From Naegleria gruberi (lineage: Eukaryota), in NCBI GenBank assembly GCA_000004985.1, contig GG738885.1: a DNA stretch of 64,000 nt; one strand, given 5' to 3'. The notes beneath the pieces are model-generated. The model did not search any database, was not told where the DNA came from, and worked only from the letters and a program-made list of their open reading frames with translations. Positions 1 through 10,721 of this stretch are shown in pieces; the stretch's first letter is position 1; every line of letters begins with the position of its first letter. The position numbers were made by a program, and so were the translations under genes.

Positions 1-349
1 AAAAGGAGGAGAACTTACAAGGATGTGAAAAGAAGGCTGAGGAATCGTTTACTTTCGGATTGGTGGGAATGTCATGACGAGGATCGTAATTGGAGCTTGA
101 TTTGACTGCATAACATCTTCTACTGCTGTAGAGGAAACTATCTTTGAATAATCTACTCAAAAAATTAGAGTTTTTAAGCATTTCTTTTTTGAATATTTTA
201 CAAAATAATTTCGTCCAGTTTCTTTTAAAGAAATTTTACAAATTAGGATTGTACATCATCATTTGGGCAATCCATTTATACTATTACATTGAGGTCAATT
301 GAGATATCTCTTAAGGATTGATCCCATTAATTTTACAGAGATAACAAAA

Positions 350-1885
350 ATGATTCAAAAAAAAATGTCACTTCTCAACACATCTCAGTTGAACATTACT
401 TCACCATGTCATCCTCTATTATTTCAATTAGGAGCCCTTAATTACGAGCCAACCATCACCCCAAACACAACCATCTGTCCCGATTCAATATTTACTCCAA
501 TCATTTCATCAATTTCGACATTTCTCTGTCTTGTCATGATTTTTTTTAGTATTCCAATGATAATTATCAAAAGAAAGAGTGGACATATTGTGAACCGAAA
601 TATAATATTAATAGTAGTTGATTTGATATTTAATTCGTATTTTGTTTTGAATACTGGAGTGAGGTATATTGTGGGAAGGAGGAATTTTGGTTGTTTGATT
701 TATTCGATAACGTTTTTTGTGATTCCTCCTTCGATATTTATGCCAAATATATTGAAATGTTGGAGATTGTTTTGTTTGGATAAGATTAATTCGATGATTT
801 CGAATACTTTAAACGAAAGTTTGGATCATCAGCTCAATAATAATCAATTGACCAATTCTATAACAAGACAACACACAACAGATCAAATAGCAATCGAAAA
901 GGCATCCATTCCAACCGAAAGTACAAAACAATTATCACCCAAACAGAAACGATTCATTTCCCTTCTCAGATTTACAACCAGTAATTCCTTCTCAACTGTT
1001 TTTTACATTATCATTATACTATTCCACTTGGTGTTGTGGCTTATTTGTGGAGGAATTGATTTGGCAACACCAGGAAGGAAACTCTTCCTCGCCGATGGAA
1101 AATTATTGGATCCTCAATTTGGTTGCATTTTAGGATTGGGATCAATTGTTGTGGTTGCTGGTCAGTGTGTGGTTTACTTGGTTATTGAGCTGATTGTGTT
1201 GGGGTTGTGCTTTTATTCTGATAGAGATACTTGGAAAATTAAGAAGGAAACTATTATATGTGCTATATTTCAATTGATTAGTTGTGTATTGTTTGCTGTT
1301 TTAGGTAATATTGATATTGTAAAGTATTTAGTGGATAATTTGGTGCCGTATGGAAATGTTTTGGTGGCATATTCATTATTTGCAATATTTGTGTCGGTGG
1401 TTCTTCCAATTTTCTATTCCATTCGAGAAGATCGAAAGAAAATACTCGATTTGGAAAGTAATGTTGCTGGAGATGTTGAACAATTTTTGAAAAATAAGGA
1501 AAATTATGAGAAAATTTTGGATTTTGCAAGGAGAAGTTACTGTCCAGAGAATTTATTATGTTGGAGGGATATTCAGAGGTTTAAGAATTCGTTTCATATG
1601 AATGGGAAAGTGGAAGAAAGTGCAAGAATGGGAATTAACATTGTGGAGAGTTATTTGAAATCATGCTCATTGGCTCAGATTAATTTACCCTCCGATCTGG
1701 CCTTGAAAGTTGGAGAAATTGAAACATTGCTATCGAATTCACCTAATTTAATTAATCAAAATCTGTTCGATTCAATTCAAAGCCATTGCTTGGTAGATAT
1801 TCAATGTGATGTCTATATTCGATTCACAGTTCAATCAAAAGGAACCAAAAAAAATCAAAAAGAAGAAACATCAACCCAAATTTAG
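350..1885 (+). CDS. Seven-transmembrane receptor with C-terminal RGS domain (fungal class-VI GPCR-like / AtRGS1-like architecture)
   Basis: ORF 299..1885 contains seven hydrophobic helices (ISTFLCLVMIFFSIPMIII ... VLVAYSLFAIFVSVVLPIFY). They are followed by an RGS-like block, YCPENLLCWRDIQRFK...VESYLKSCSLAQINL. The first ATGs are at 350 and 365; the ORF-track M at 299 is probably not the true start. No intron is evident. Confidence 0.6.
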   Translation: MIQKKMSLLNTSQLNITSPCHPLLFQLGALNYEPTITPNTTICPDSIFTPIISSISTFLCLVMIFFSIPMIIIKRKSGHIVNRNIILIVVDLIFNSYFVLNTGVRYIVGRRNFGCLIYSITFFVIPPSIFMPNILKCWRLFCLDKINSMISNTLNESLDHQLNNNQLTNSITRQHTTDQIAIEKASIPTESTKQLSPKQKRFISLLRFTTSNSFSTVFYIIIILFHLVLWLICGGIDLATPGRKLFLADGKLLDPQFGCILGLGSIVVVAGQCVVYLVIELIVLGLCFYSDRDTWKIKKETIICAIFQLISCVLFAVLGNIDIVKYLVDNLVPYGNVLVAYSLFAIFVSVVLPIFYSIREDRKKILDLESNVAGDVEQFLKNKENYEKILDFARRSYCPENLLCWRDIQRFKNSFHMNGKVEESARMGINIVESYLKSCSLAQINLPSDLALKVGEIETLLSNSPNLINQNLFDSIQSHCLVDIQCDVYIRFTVQSKGTKKNQKEETSTQI

Positions 1886-2422
1886 AAAGTTAATAAATAA
1901 AATAAAAAAAATATTAAATAAATTTAAAATAAAAATCAAAAGAGTAGTTGCATTTCACAACTTACTTTGATTTTTATACAATTCATCATCAGACATTAAT
2001 TCGCATAATAATCCATCTCTCTTTCCCGTTCAACACCTTCTCTGGAACTTCTTCCCATTCTTTCCACCAACAACCCAAATAGTCCCACAGATAATAGATC
2101 AATTTTGAATACAATTCTTTCGATTGCACAATAAACACATTATCTACTTTCCCTTATCTCCTCTCTCGAGACACTATCCTCACGATCCAACAAGCAAACT
2201 TCTCCTATTAACACACAAAACCTATCATCACCCATCGAAACAATTCTCGCTCAAACACAAAATTCATTTTCTTTTTTAAAAAAATACAACGACACGAATA
2301 AATCTAGAGGGAACTCGTTCGTCAATTTTGCAAGATCATCACGTTTGTTTTGTGATTCTTCATCATTGTCATTTTGTAAATCTAGAGTTAGGAGGAGGAG
2401 AATTTTAATATTCATATATTAC

Positions 2423-3805
2423 ATGATGAGAAGATTATTGGCTAGACTTTCAATGAGAGGAGCTGGAGCTGGAGGGAATGGAGAGGGTAGTGAGGGAAGT
2501 TCATCAGATGAAGAAACCGGTTCCATTCTTGCTGAAATGAATTATTCGGAGACTATCAAACCAATGGCGATTGCTACAAATATGCAATTACCAGTTTATA
2601 ATAATGATTATTTGAAATCTGATTCAACGACCAGATATTATTGTGCCAATTCAATGCAGTATACTGAGAATTCTCACATGTATGCAGCATTGGTTGGTAA
2701 TGAAATCTTTTACTTTCCATCTGATTATATGGGAGTTAGTCATAGGAAACAAATCCTTTGTTGTAAATTGTCGAGTAGTTTGAAGGATAAGGCTGCTGAC
2801 ACAAACATGATTGAAAAACATCGAGATTTTCGTGTCACAACTGAGATATTTAATACTACTTATACTTGTAAAGATAATGTAAAGCAAGAGAATAATGTAT
2901 TGTTCCGAGCATTGTGTACAGATGAAGAAAAACACCTTGTCTATAGCTATGGTGGAAGTATTTTCACTTTTGAGCGAAGTCCAACTAATAATTTTCACAT
3001 TTTCAATGCCAAAAACAAAGAGTATAGCCTAATAGAGTTGAAGGATTCTGAAAACTTACCCAAATTAGAGGGTCACACATTAATAAGAAGAGATGCTAAC
3101 ACATTCTACACATTTGGAGGTTTACTAGAAAAGGCATTTTGTAACAAAATTTTTGAATTCAATATCAAAACTGGTGAGTGGCGAGAGGTTATTGCTACAA
3201 ATCATGATCAAGTCAAACCAAGATCCTATCATGTTGGGCAGTACGTGAAAAAGCATGACGTTATGGTCATTGTTTCTGGTAAACTCAAAGTTGGTCAATA
3301 TGCTCCAATGACCGATGAAATTTTGATCTATCACTTTAAGGAAAATAGATTCCAAATCATTACAAACTCGCCAACCCCATTCCACAAAATACCAGCATGC
3401 CATGTTATTCATTCATGTAATTTGACTGATAATCAGTTTGCATTTTATGGTGGATGTAAAACAACTGACTATAACGTGGATGAAGATTATGATCCTCATC
3501 TATTTGTATTCACTTTTAACAATAGAACTGATAAGAAATCAACGGATTTGACTCCTGTCGTTAGTATGTTCAATTTGCAGGAAAGAATTCCTTCATGTTA
3601 CACCACCATAGTATATCACAGGAAATTCAAATGTTTTGTTTTACTTGGTGCCAATGCAGGTCAAAGAAAGGATAGACTCAGTTTCTTTTATCTAGATCCA
3701 ATCTCTTACAATAATCCAATCGAAGCCTTTGTAAATATGAAATCAGTTATGGATTTTGAAGATCATTCCAGATTGCAAGATGTTACCCTTCATTGTACTC
3801 ATTAA
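2423..3805 (+). CDS. Kelch / galactose-oxidase-type beta-propeller repeat protein (paralog A of the gene at 22924..24621)
   Basis: Long ORF with the start taken at the MMRRLL ATG (2423). It shares long collinear motifs with the 22924..24621 protein: YSYGGSIF/YTYGGADF, EGHTLIRRD/EGHTMIKRHD, RSYHVGQYVKKHDVMVIVSGKLKVGQYAPMTDEILIYHFKENRFQII versus RSYHTCEYIPKYDIMVSVAGKVRKGIDAPMLNEILIYHFNRNEFQVI, and DYNVDEDYDPHLFVF/DYDSDQSYDPHLYIL. Confidence 0.55.
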   Translation: MMRRLLARLSMRGAGAGGNGEGSEGSSSDEETGSILAEMNYSETIKPMAIATNMQLPVYNNDYLKSDSTTRYYCANSMQYTENSHMYAALVGNEIFYFPSDYMGVSHRKQILCCKLSSSLKDKAADTNMIEKHRDFRVTTEIFNTTYTCKDNVKQENNVLFRALCTDEEKHLVYSYGGSIFTFERSPTNNFHIFNAKNKEYSLIELKDSENLPKLEGHTLIRRDANTFYTFGGLLEKAFCNKIFEFNIKTGEWREVIATNHDQVKPRSYHVGQYVKKHDVMVIVSGKLKVGQYAPMTDEILIYHFKENRFQIITNSPTPFHKIPACHVIHSCNLTDNQFAFYGGCKTTDYNVDEDYDPHLFVFTFNNRTDKKSTDLTPVVSMFNLQERIPSCYTTIVYHRKFKCFVLLGANAGQRKDRLSFFYLDPISYNNPIEAFVNMKSVMDFEDHSRLQDVTLHCTH

Positions 3806-3926
3806 AACAAAAAACTCTCATTTATTTACATTACATTTTCTATCTTATTGTTCAATTCACTGATGAATCATCTAAATTAAATTCAATCAATTTAAAAAGA
3901 GAATACGAATAAAATTCAAACAAAAA

Positions 3927-5217
3927 ATGTACAGAAACTCAACTCTCAAGCAACTAGTCCGTTCCGTAGCTAATAAATCCACTTCCGTAAGAAGACTCGG
4001 AAAGAACACCAATACCTTGTTCGGATCTTTAAGAGTGGCTTGCACTCATTCCATGACACCATCAGCAGTATCATCATCATCATGTTTTAAAACCTTCTCA
4101 ACAAGTATGCGTACTCTTGCTGATGAAACTGTTGAAGCCCAACATGTTTCTGAACGTTCCGATGTTATTATTGAAGCTGATGAAAATTTTAGAGCATTTA
4201 TTGATTCTGGAGAGCCAATTATTGTTGATTTCTATGCTGAGTATGTTTTACTATCGGAATTTGTTAATCATAATATTTATCGTTTTTAATCCTAACATTT
4301 ATGATAATAATAATATTAATAATTAATAATTGGATGATCAATTTATATTATTGGAATGAACTAGTTGGTGTGGCCCTTGTAAACAATTAGGACCTCTTTT
4401 GGAAAAGCATACATTGAAACATAATGGAGCTTTTAAATTGATTAAAGTTAATGTTGATAATCAACCACAAATTGCTGAAGCTTTCCGAGTTCAAGATATT
4501 CCACACGTATTATTTATTATGGATAAACAATTGGTTGACCAATTCAAGGGAGCCATTCCTGCAGATCATGTCGAAAAAACTTTGGAAAACTTTGCTAATG
4601 TAGCAAGAAATAGAGCCGCCAATCAAAGTGGACAATCTAATGAGGAACAACCACCACAAGTTGATGCTGATTCTCCAGAATATTTGATTTCAATTGCTGG
4701 TCAATTGATGGCTAAGGGAGAATTGGAAGAAGCATCAAAAGTATATAGTCAAGTTGTTGAAAAGGCTGTTGATAAGGAAATGCCAGACTATGCAGCAAAG
4801 GGTCTTGCAGGATTATTGACCATTTCAATTGCTCAATACAAGATGGATGCTGCCAAGTCAATTATTTCCAGATTGAACAAGGACCATGGTGAATTAATCA
4901 AGACTGATAAGGAAATTGTTGCTGCCATTTCACTTTATGAATGTTATAAGGAAGCAGGTGAACAAGTTGTTAAGGCCATTCATGAAGGAAAGACAATTAA
5001 TGAAATTCAAGGAAATAAGGAAAGAGTTCTCTACCTCTACTTGACAGGACAACAAAAGGAAGCTCTCGAAGCAGGTATTGCACTTTTAAAGAAGAGTGAC
5101 ACAAAGAATGAAGGAAGAACTGCTCTTGTTCACATTTTGAACTGTTTGGAAAATCAAGAAGCAAACAAGAAACTCGTCAGTGATACAAGAAAGAGAATGG
5201 CCAGCTTGTTATTCTAA
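3927..5217 (+). CDS. Thioredoxin-domain protein with C-terminal TPR-like region (YbbN/CnoX-type architecture), probable mitochondrial presequence
   Basis: Two exons, 3927..4240 and 4365..5217. The intron 4241..4364 runs GTATGT...CTAG and is phase 2. Splicing restores ...IIVDFYAD|WCGPCKQLGPLLEK..., giving the WCGPCK thioredoxin active site. The N-terminus MYRNSTLKQLVRSVANKSTSVRRL is rich in basic and hydroxylated residues. The C-terminal half is helical and TPR-like. Confidence 0.7.
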
Positions 5218-5612
5218 ATTGTCTTATTAAATTAACAATTATTGATTAAAACAGAGATAATTATTGTTTTATTGAAAGTGCTTGTAAAACTATTGATTTT
5301 ACACTGGAATTTGAACAGCTTAATAGTCGTTTCTTCGCACTTATGTAGTCATCACATCTGATAAAGAAACGAGTCATCACATTGTTGTGGCTATCGGAAA
5401 GTAACACAATGACCTCATCTGCCAAAGAGCAATCTTCAAACTTTCACTTCATAAACAGCACTTTGAATCACACTAATCGGTCAAACGTCAATCTTTCAAA
5501 CTCCAACAATTCAAAAAAATTCAATCATACCCATCTCTATTCATCATCCACTACCAACACACTTCAGTGAAAACAAATCCACCACCAAAACAACCATAAA
5601 CACACTATCAAA

Positions 5613-8600
5613 ATGATCGTTACATTTGCCTCCAATGTAGAGACTCACTATATGGGCTATATTGTGGTATGTCCTGCAGGAGAGAAGGCCATTCTCGATA
5701 AGAAGAGAGGTGGTTGGTGTTATATTCACTGCAAATTGAAAACTCCTTCCAATAATAATAATACTGAAAATTCATCATCATCCTCATCTCAAGGTACCTC
5801 AACAACAACATCATTCACTTGGGGAACACTTAGAGTACCAGCCATTTACCTCAATATTGATGATAACTTTTCCTCTTCGACTTCTTCCGATCATCATGAT
5901 AATTCTGATAACAATAACAAATTAAAAACACCTGGAAGTGCCTCTGAGGAAGATGCTCTCAATCCGTTGGAATGTGTCGAATATAAACAACCAGGCAGTA
6001 ACAACTCAACAACAGGCGCATCAACAACATCGCCATCAACAGCAACGAATAATACCAATTTGGTGAATGGCGCCAAATTTTCTCCTCATCAAAAAGTATC
6101 ATCATCACCTCAAGGTAAAACAACGACGGAACAACAACATGATACTGATCAAAAGAAGAGACCAGGTAGAACGTGGAGTGAAATTAATCAGGAATTTTTG
6201 GATGTTGTTCTTGATGAGAATATGGATGAAGGAGGAGGAGAGGCATCGAAACGATCTTCCACCTCATCAATTGGTTTAATTCAAAATATAAAGCCTACAA
6301 AGGATACGAGTAATGCTCTGATATTGGCATCTTATAGATCTTCAATGGATTCAGCAGCTATTTTTGATCAATTGGTGTATCATAACAATACGAATATTTC
6401 ATCATTGATAGGTGGTGGTGGTGCCAGCAGCAGTTCGAATAATACACCAACAACACCTGGAGGTAGCAATAAGAAGGCTGTGAAAAAAGTGGTCAAGAAG
6501 GTTGTACCAACAGTCGAACAAACAATACCAATTATTGAAGAGAATGCTAAATCAACTCCAGATGGTTCTGTTGAACAACAACCAATCATACCCGATAATA
6601 CTGTTCAACAAATGGAAGTTAAGGAGCCAACAGAGGCAGTAACAGAAAAACCAGTAGAAGAACCTAAAATTGATGCTCAATTGGATACTGTTCATTTAAA
6701 TGATGATGTGACAAGTACACGTAAAACCATTTCAATTGATTCTAGAGTGAGAGTAGCTCCAGAAGATCCTTGGGCAGGAGATGAAGAAGAAGATTTGGAA
6801 ACATTTGACACTGAGACAGATGGAGATTTTGTTTTAGAACATTCGACACGTGAAACATTTGACAATTCAGAGTTTGATTTGGAAGAATTGCTTGCTATGG
6901 CCGATATGGAAGAAATGGCAAGTTATGAACCTAATGTTGATAGTCAACAAATTGAAATTTACAAGACCAAATTACCTCACTTCTTTCACTTTGATGCAGC
7001 AAGTGATGATAGAAAGAACAAGTTACTGCATCACATTGCACTCCAACATGCGGCAAGAAAATTGGTCAATGTGGGTGCTGATTATGATTTGAAATTGGCC
7101 ATTCAACAAGGATTGGATAAAACCAGAGGAAAAGTTGTCAATAGAAAGGCAACCATTTTCTCTGGAGTTTCACCATTACAATATCAAGATTTTAAAAAGT
7201 TTTCAGTGGAAGAAGCTGGAAAACTGGTATCAAGAGCATTTGCTGATTGGTGGAAATTAAAGAAATTTGTAAATTACATGAAGACAGCTCCAGAATTCAA
7301 ACAACAGAGATTGAGACAAAACTGTCTGAAAGAAATCCTCTCCACAGAGAGAAGCTATGTCAATCAATTGGAAACATTGTACTATGACTTTTTCTTACCA
7401 ATGAAAAAGAATAACTTTGCCATTTTCAATCACTACAATCCTGCTCCAAATATTACTGCTTCCAATGTTGTTTCTCGTGATGGTCTCACTCCTGAGGAAC
7501 AATATAACATCATCTTTAGTAATATTGAGCAAATTTTAAAGACCAATACTGCCCTCTTACACGACTTGGAAATGGATTACAAGATGCACTACCCTAAAAA
7601 TCACTTCCCTTCAATCTTCAAGAAAATTCTCCCATTCTTGAAAGTGTACACTGTATATGTAAATAATTATGATAAGGCTAACGAACTTGTAGAAGAACTC
7701 TCTTTGAGAAATCCAAAGTTTAATGAGCTTTTGGAAAGCGTTTACAATAAGAAGAGTGTCACTCTTCAAAGTTTGTTAATTACTCCAATTCAAAGAATTC
7801 CTAGACTCAAAATGCTATTCCAAGATCTATTCAGGAGAACTATTCCAACCCATGTTGAATATAGTGTAATTGAAGAAACCTTGGCCATCCTTAATGAGCT
7901 TGCCCTCTTTGTCAATGAAAAGAAGAGACACGATGAAAATAATATCATCTTCCTTCGTCTCCAACAAATTTTAAGCAAGAGATATGGCAACTTGGTAACT
8001 CCTCACAGAAGATTTTTAAAGCGTGATGATTTTAGAGTTGTTTGCTCTAGAAAATTCCTCAATTCAGATTGCGAAGTTTATCTATGTAATGATATAATGA
8101 TTATTCTGCCAATGACACCAGAAAGAGGTCTCAGAATAGATTACAGTCATTTGATATTCTTTGCCTTTTCAGAAATGGACATAATCTCTGACGAAGATTT
8201 GAATGATGAAGAGAAGAAGGACTTTACCATTCGTGCATTTTTACGTAGTTCAGTTTTTACCTTCAAATTTGAAGCTATCAACGGTACAGAGAGAATCAAA
8301 TGGGAAAAGGACATTAGAGAATTAATTGATATGGAAAAATCAAGATGTAAAAAGTATGGAGTCAATCCAAGTTTAAAGCAAGATGATAAGAAACCACACG
8401 AAGAAAAGAATACTTCTACCTCTTCCGATAAGAAATCTTCGGAGGAAACTAGTCCAAGATCTAACGATTCTTCCTCTACTACCTCCACCTCTTCCTCGTC
8501 TGTTCACGTAGCACACAGTTCCCACCATTACACCCAAAGCTTGAGTGGATTGTTAAATACAAGTGGAAACAATGGTTCAGCAAGTCCTTCCCTTTTGGGT

Positions 8601-10277
8601 AATAATGGCAATGAGTTGTTCATTCAAGAGAAACGTATGAGATTATTCAACAGGTCTAAAATTAACAATTCTAAACTCAGTTCTTCTCAATTACAACACA
8701 AAAACTTGAAGCAAGATATGTACTCTTTGAGCAAAGTTGTAAGAGAACAAAAGAACCAAATTGCAGAATTGGAAAAACTCTTAAAAGCCAATGAGGAACA
8801 GTATAAGAAATTTGAGCTTGATTATGCTGATGTCGAAAAGAAATTATCACAAAATGAAGAAGAAAAGAAGGTAACTGACACTGAGCTGTTAGATGTCGAT
8901 TCCAAGATTATGGCAGCTTTGGGTAATGATGCAGACAGTTTTATGGAAATATTTGGTTCTGAGCCAGTTTGCACTTCAACAAAGGAAAAATACCAAAAGC
9001 CATTAGAAAGAACGGCAAGCAGCTTTATTATCAACAAATCCGTGAAGGTGGAAGGCAAGAATGAATCCAAAAATGAAGATCTTGAACAAGCTCGTAAGAA
9101 CCTTGTTGGAGGAAGTGGTGGTATTGATGAGTTGAAAGCTTTTGATAAGGAATTAATCATTCCTTACTTGGCACTGGATGCTAGAAGAACTTCTGATGCT
9201 GATTTCCAAATTAGTCATGAAGAACACATGTTGGAGAGTAATAGAGGCTCAAAGACTGCTAGAGGTAGCAACAGCAATAGAAAGACAGTCTTTTCAATGT
9301 CTTTTGGTACATCAGGAGATTCCAAATCAGAGAAGAGAAAAACTCTCTTACAAAAAGCCAAAGGAATGTTTGTTGGAAGAAACTCTGACTCTGATCAAGA
9401 TGCCAAGACTGTTCTAAAAAAGTCTTCCTCCACCGAAAATATCATCACCAATAAGCAAATTCTTCACATTAGACCAAGTGGAACCCAATCACCAGTTGCT
9501 GATGCACCACGTTATGGGTTGCCAACACTTCCTGGCAGTACCAACACAATGCCTGCTTTACCTACCTTCCTTTCCAAAACTTCAGCAACAGGTACTTCCA
9601 CTCCTTCATCCTCTTCTACAACAAATAATGATTCATTAGAATCTCCAGTTACAGAGTATAATCCATCATCATCTCTTTTACGATTCAATAGTAGTGGCAA
9701 TATGAAATCCCCTCGTAGGAAAGAGGATGTTATTCTCAAATCCAATTTTGATGACAAGAGGCCATTCCACTATAATAAGGAAACAATGGATTCATTCATA
9801 GATATTGATGCCAGAGATACCAGACACCAACAAAGAAGAGTTCCAATCAATGCCAGTTTATCTGCCTATGAGGAGCTCGATTTGGACAAGTTAAAACCTC
9901 GATCCAATATGGAAAGATTTATGGAAGAAAATGAGGAAATTGAATTTAATAATCCATTATTCAAACTTCGACCTCTTCCTTCTTGGAACACAATAGAGCA
10001 AGAAGAATTGAACTTTAAATACAAGGCAGATAGAGTCGTACACGGAGAGGATGTTTACTTTAGAACCTATCCTCTTCCAGTTGTTATTGGAAGAGAACGT
10101 GACAAGTATGCATGTCTCTACTTGGAAGATGCTAAGGATTTATTGGATATTGACAAATTACCAGACTCTGTGGACACCCTCAAGATTATGCTAGTTCAAA
10201 TGCAGAGAGATTTAACTCTTCTCAAAGAACAGATATTCTTTGGAGATGCTCATAAAGTTCCTCAAGGAGTCAACTAA
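5613..10277 (+). CDS. Rho guanine-nucleotide exchange factor (DH domain followed by PH-like region), large low-complexity flanks
   Basis: A 1554-aa ORF. The DH-domain signature is LKEILSTERSYVNQLETLYYDFFLP...IFSNIEQILKTNTALLHDLE...SLLITPIQRIPRLKMLFQDLFRRT. Ser/Thr/Asn-rich and charged coiled-coil regions flank it. Confidence 0.75.
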   Translation: MIVTFASNVETHYMGYIVVCPAGEKAILDKKRGGWCYIHCKLKTPSNNNNTENSSSSSSQGTSTTTSFTWGTLRVPAIYLNIDDNFSSSTSSDHHDNSDNNNKLKTPGSASEEDALNPLECVEYKQPGSNNSTTGASTTSPSTATNNTNLVNGAKFSPHQKVSSSPQGKTTTEQQHDTDQKKRPGRTWSEINQEFLDVVLDENMDEGGGEASKRSSTSSIGLIQNIKPTKDTSNALILASYRSSMDSAAIFDQLVYHNNTNISSLIGGGGASSSSNNTPTTPGGSNKKAVKKVVKKVVPTVEQTIPIIEENAKSTPDGSVEQQPIIPDNTVQQMEVKEPTEAVTEKPVEEPKIDAQLDTVHLNDDVTSTRKTISIDSRVRVAPEDPWAGDEEEDLETFDTETDGDFVLEHSTRETFDNSEFDLEELLAMADMEEMASYEPNVDSQQIEIYKTKLPHFFHFDAASDDRKNKLLHHIALQHAARKLVNVGADYDLKLAIQQGLDKTRGKVVNRKATIFSGVSPLQYQDFKKFSVEEAGKLVSRAFADWWKLKKFVNYMKTAPEFKQQRLRQNCLKEILSTERSYVNQLETLYYDFFLPMKKNNFAIFNHYNPAPNITASNVVSRDGLTPEEQYNIIFSNIEQILKTNTALLHDLEMDYKMHYPKNHFPSIFKKILPFLKVYTVYVNNYDKANELVEELSLRNPKFNELLESVYNKKSVTLQSLLITPIQRIPRLKMLFQDLFRRTIPTHVEYSVIEETLAILNELALFVNEKKRHDENNIIFLRLQQILSKRYGNLVTPHRRFLKRDDFRVVCSRKFLNSDCEVYLCNDIMIILPMTPERGLRIDYSHLIFFAFSEMDIISDEDLNDEEKKDFTIRAFLRSSVFTFKFEAINGTERIKWEKDIRELIDMEKSRCKKYGVNPSLKQDDKKPHEEKNTSTSSDKKSSEETSPRSNDSSSTTSTSSSSVHVAHSSHHYTQSLSGLLNTSGNNGSASPSLLGNNGNELFIQEKRMRLFNRSKINNSKLSSSQLQHKNLKQDMYSLSKVVREQKNQIAELEKLLKANEEQYKKFELDYADVEKKLSQNEEEKKVTDTELLDVDSKIMAALGNDADSFMEIFGSEPVCTSTKEKYQKPLERTASSFIINKSVKVEGKNESKNEDLEQARKNLVGGSGGIDELKAFDKELIIPYLALDARRTSDADFQISHEEHMLESNRGSKTARGSNSNRKTVFSMSFGTSGDSKSEKRKTLLQKAKGMFVGRNSDSDQDAKTVLKKSSSTENIITNKQILHIRPSGTQSPVADAPRYGLPTLPGSTNTMPALPTFLSKTSATGTSTPSSSSTTNNDSLESPVTEYNPSSSLLRFNSSGNMKSPRRKEDVILKSNFDDKRPFHYNKETMDSFIDIDARDTRHQQRRVPINASLSAYEELDLDKLKPRSNMERFMEENEEIEFNNPLFKLRPLPSWNTIEQEELNFKYKADRVVHGEDVYFRTYPLPVVIGRERDKYACLYLEDAKDLLDIDKLPDSVDTLKIMLVQMQRDLTLLKEQIFFGDAHKVPQGVN

Positions 10278-10721
10278 ACCTTAATAAAAATGATCACTCT
10301 ATCACCCACAACCTGACATTCTCAAAACCAATTTATCGTACCAAATTATACTCCAACTTCCTCTTCAAAACCAACACTCTAACTATGTTTTTATTATTTC
10401 CTTCGAATATTTGGTTTTCATCCGTTCCCATAAATGGATCGGGTTGTTATCGCTTGCGATACATCTAAAAAAATACGCGCTTATTGTCCACCTCAGAAGA
10501 CAACACATGGTGATGGACGAATGTAAAGTCGAGGTGATTTTAATGTGTACGACAAGTGGTGAAGGAGACTTTTCGACCATGATTGGATCTTACGCATCAA
10601 AGAGTTGAAATTTCCCTCATCTCTCTTGTTGCTATGATCCTCAATATAAATAGAGGGAAGAAAATCTCCATCAATACAATACAACAATAAGAAAAAAACA
10701 AAACAACACAACAACTTGATA

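Noticed and set aside
1278-1529. Antisense ORF 1278..1529 (-) inside the 7TM-RGS gene
   Set aside because: It lies fully inside a coherent plus-strand CDS and shows no domain signal. It is a typical AT-rich antisense open frame.
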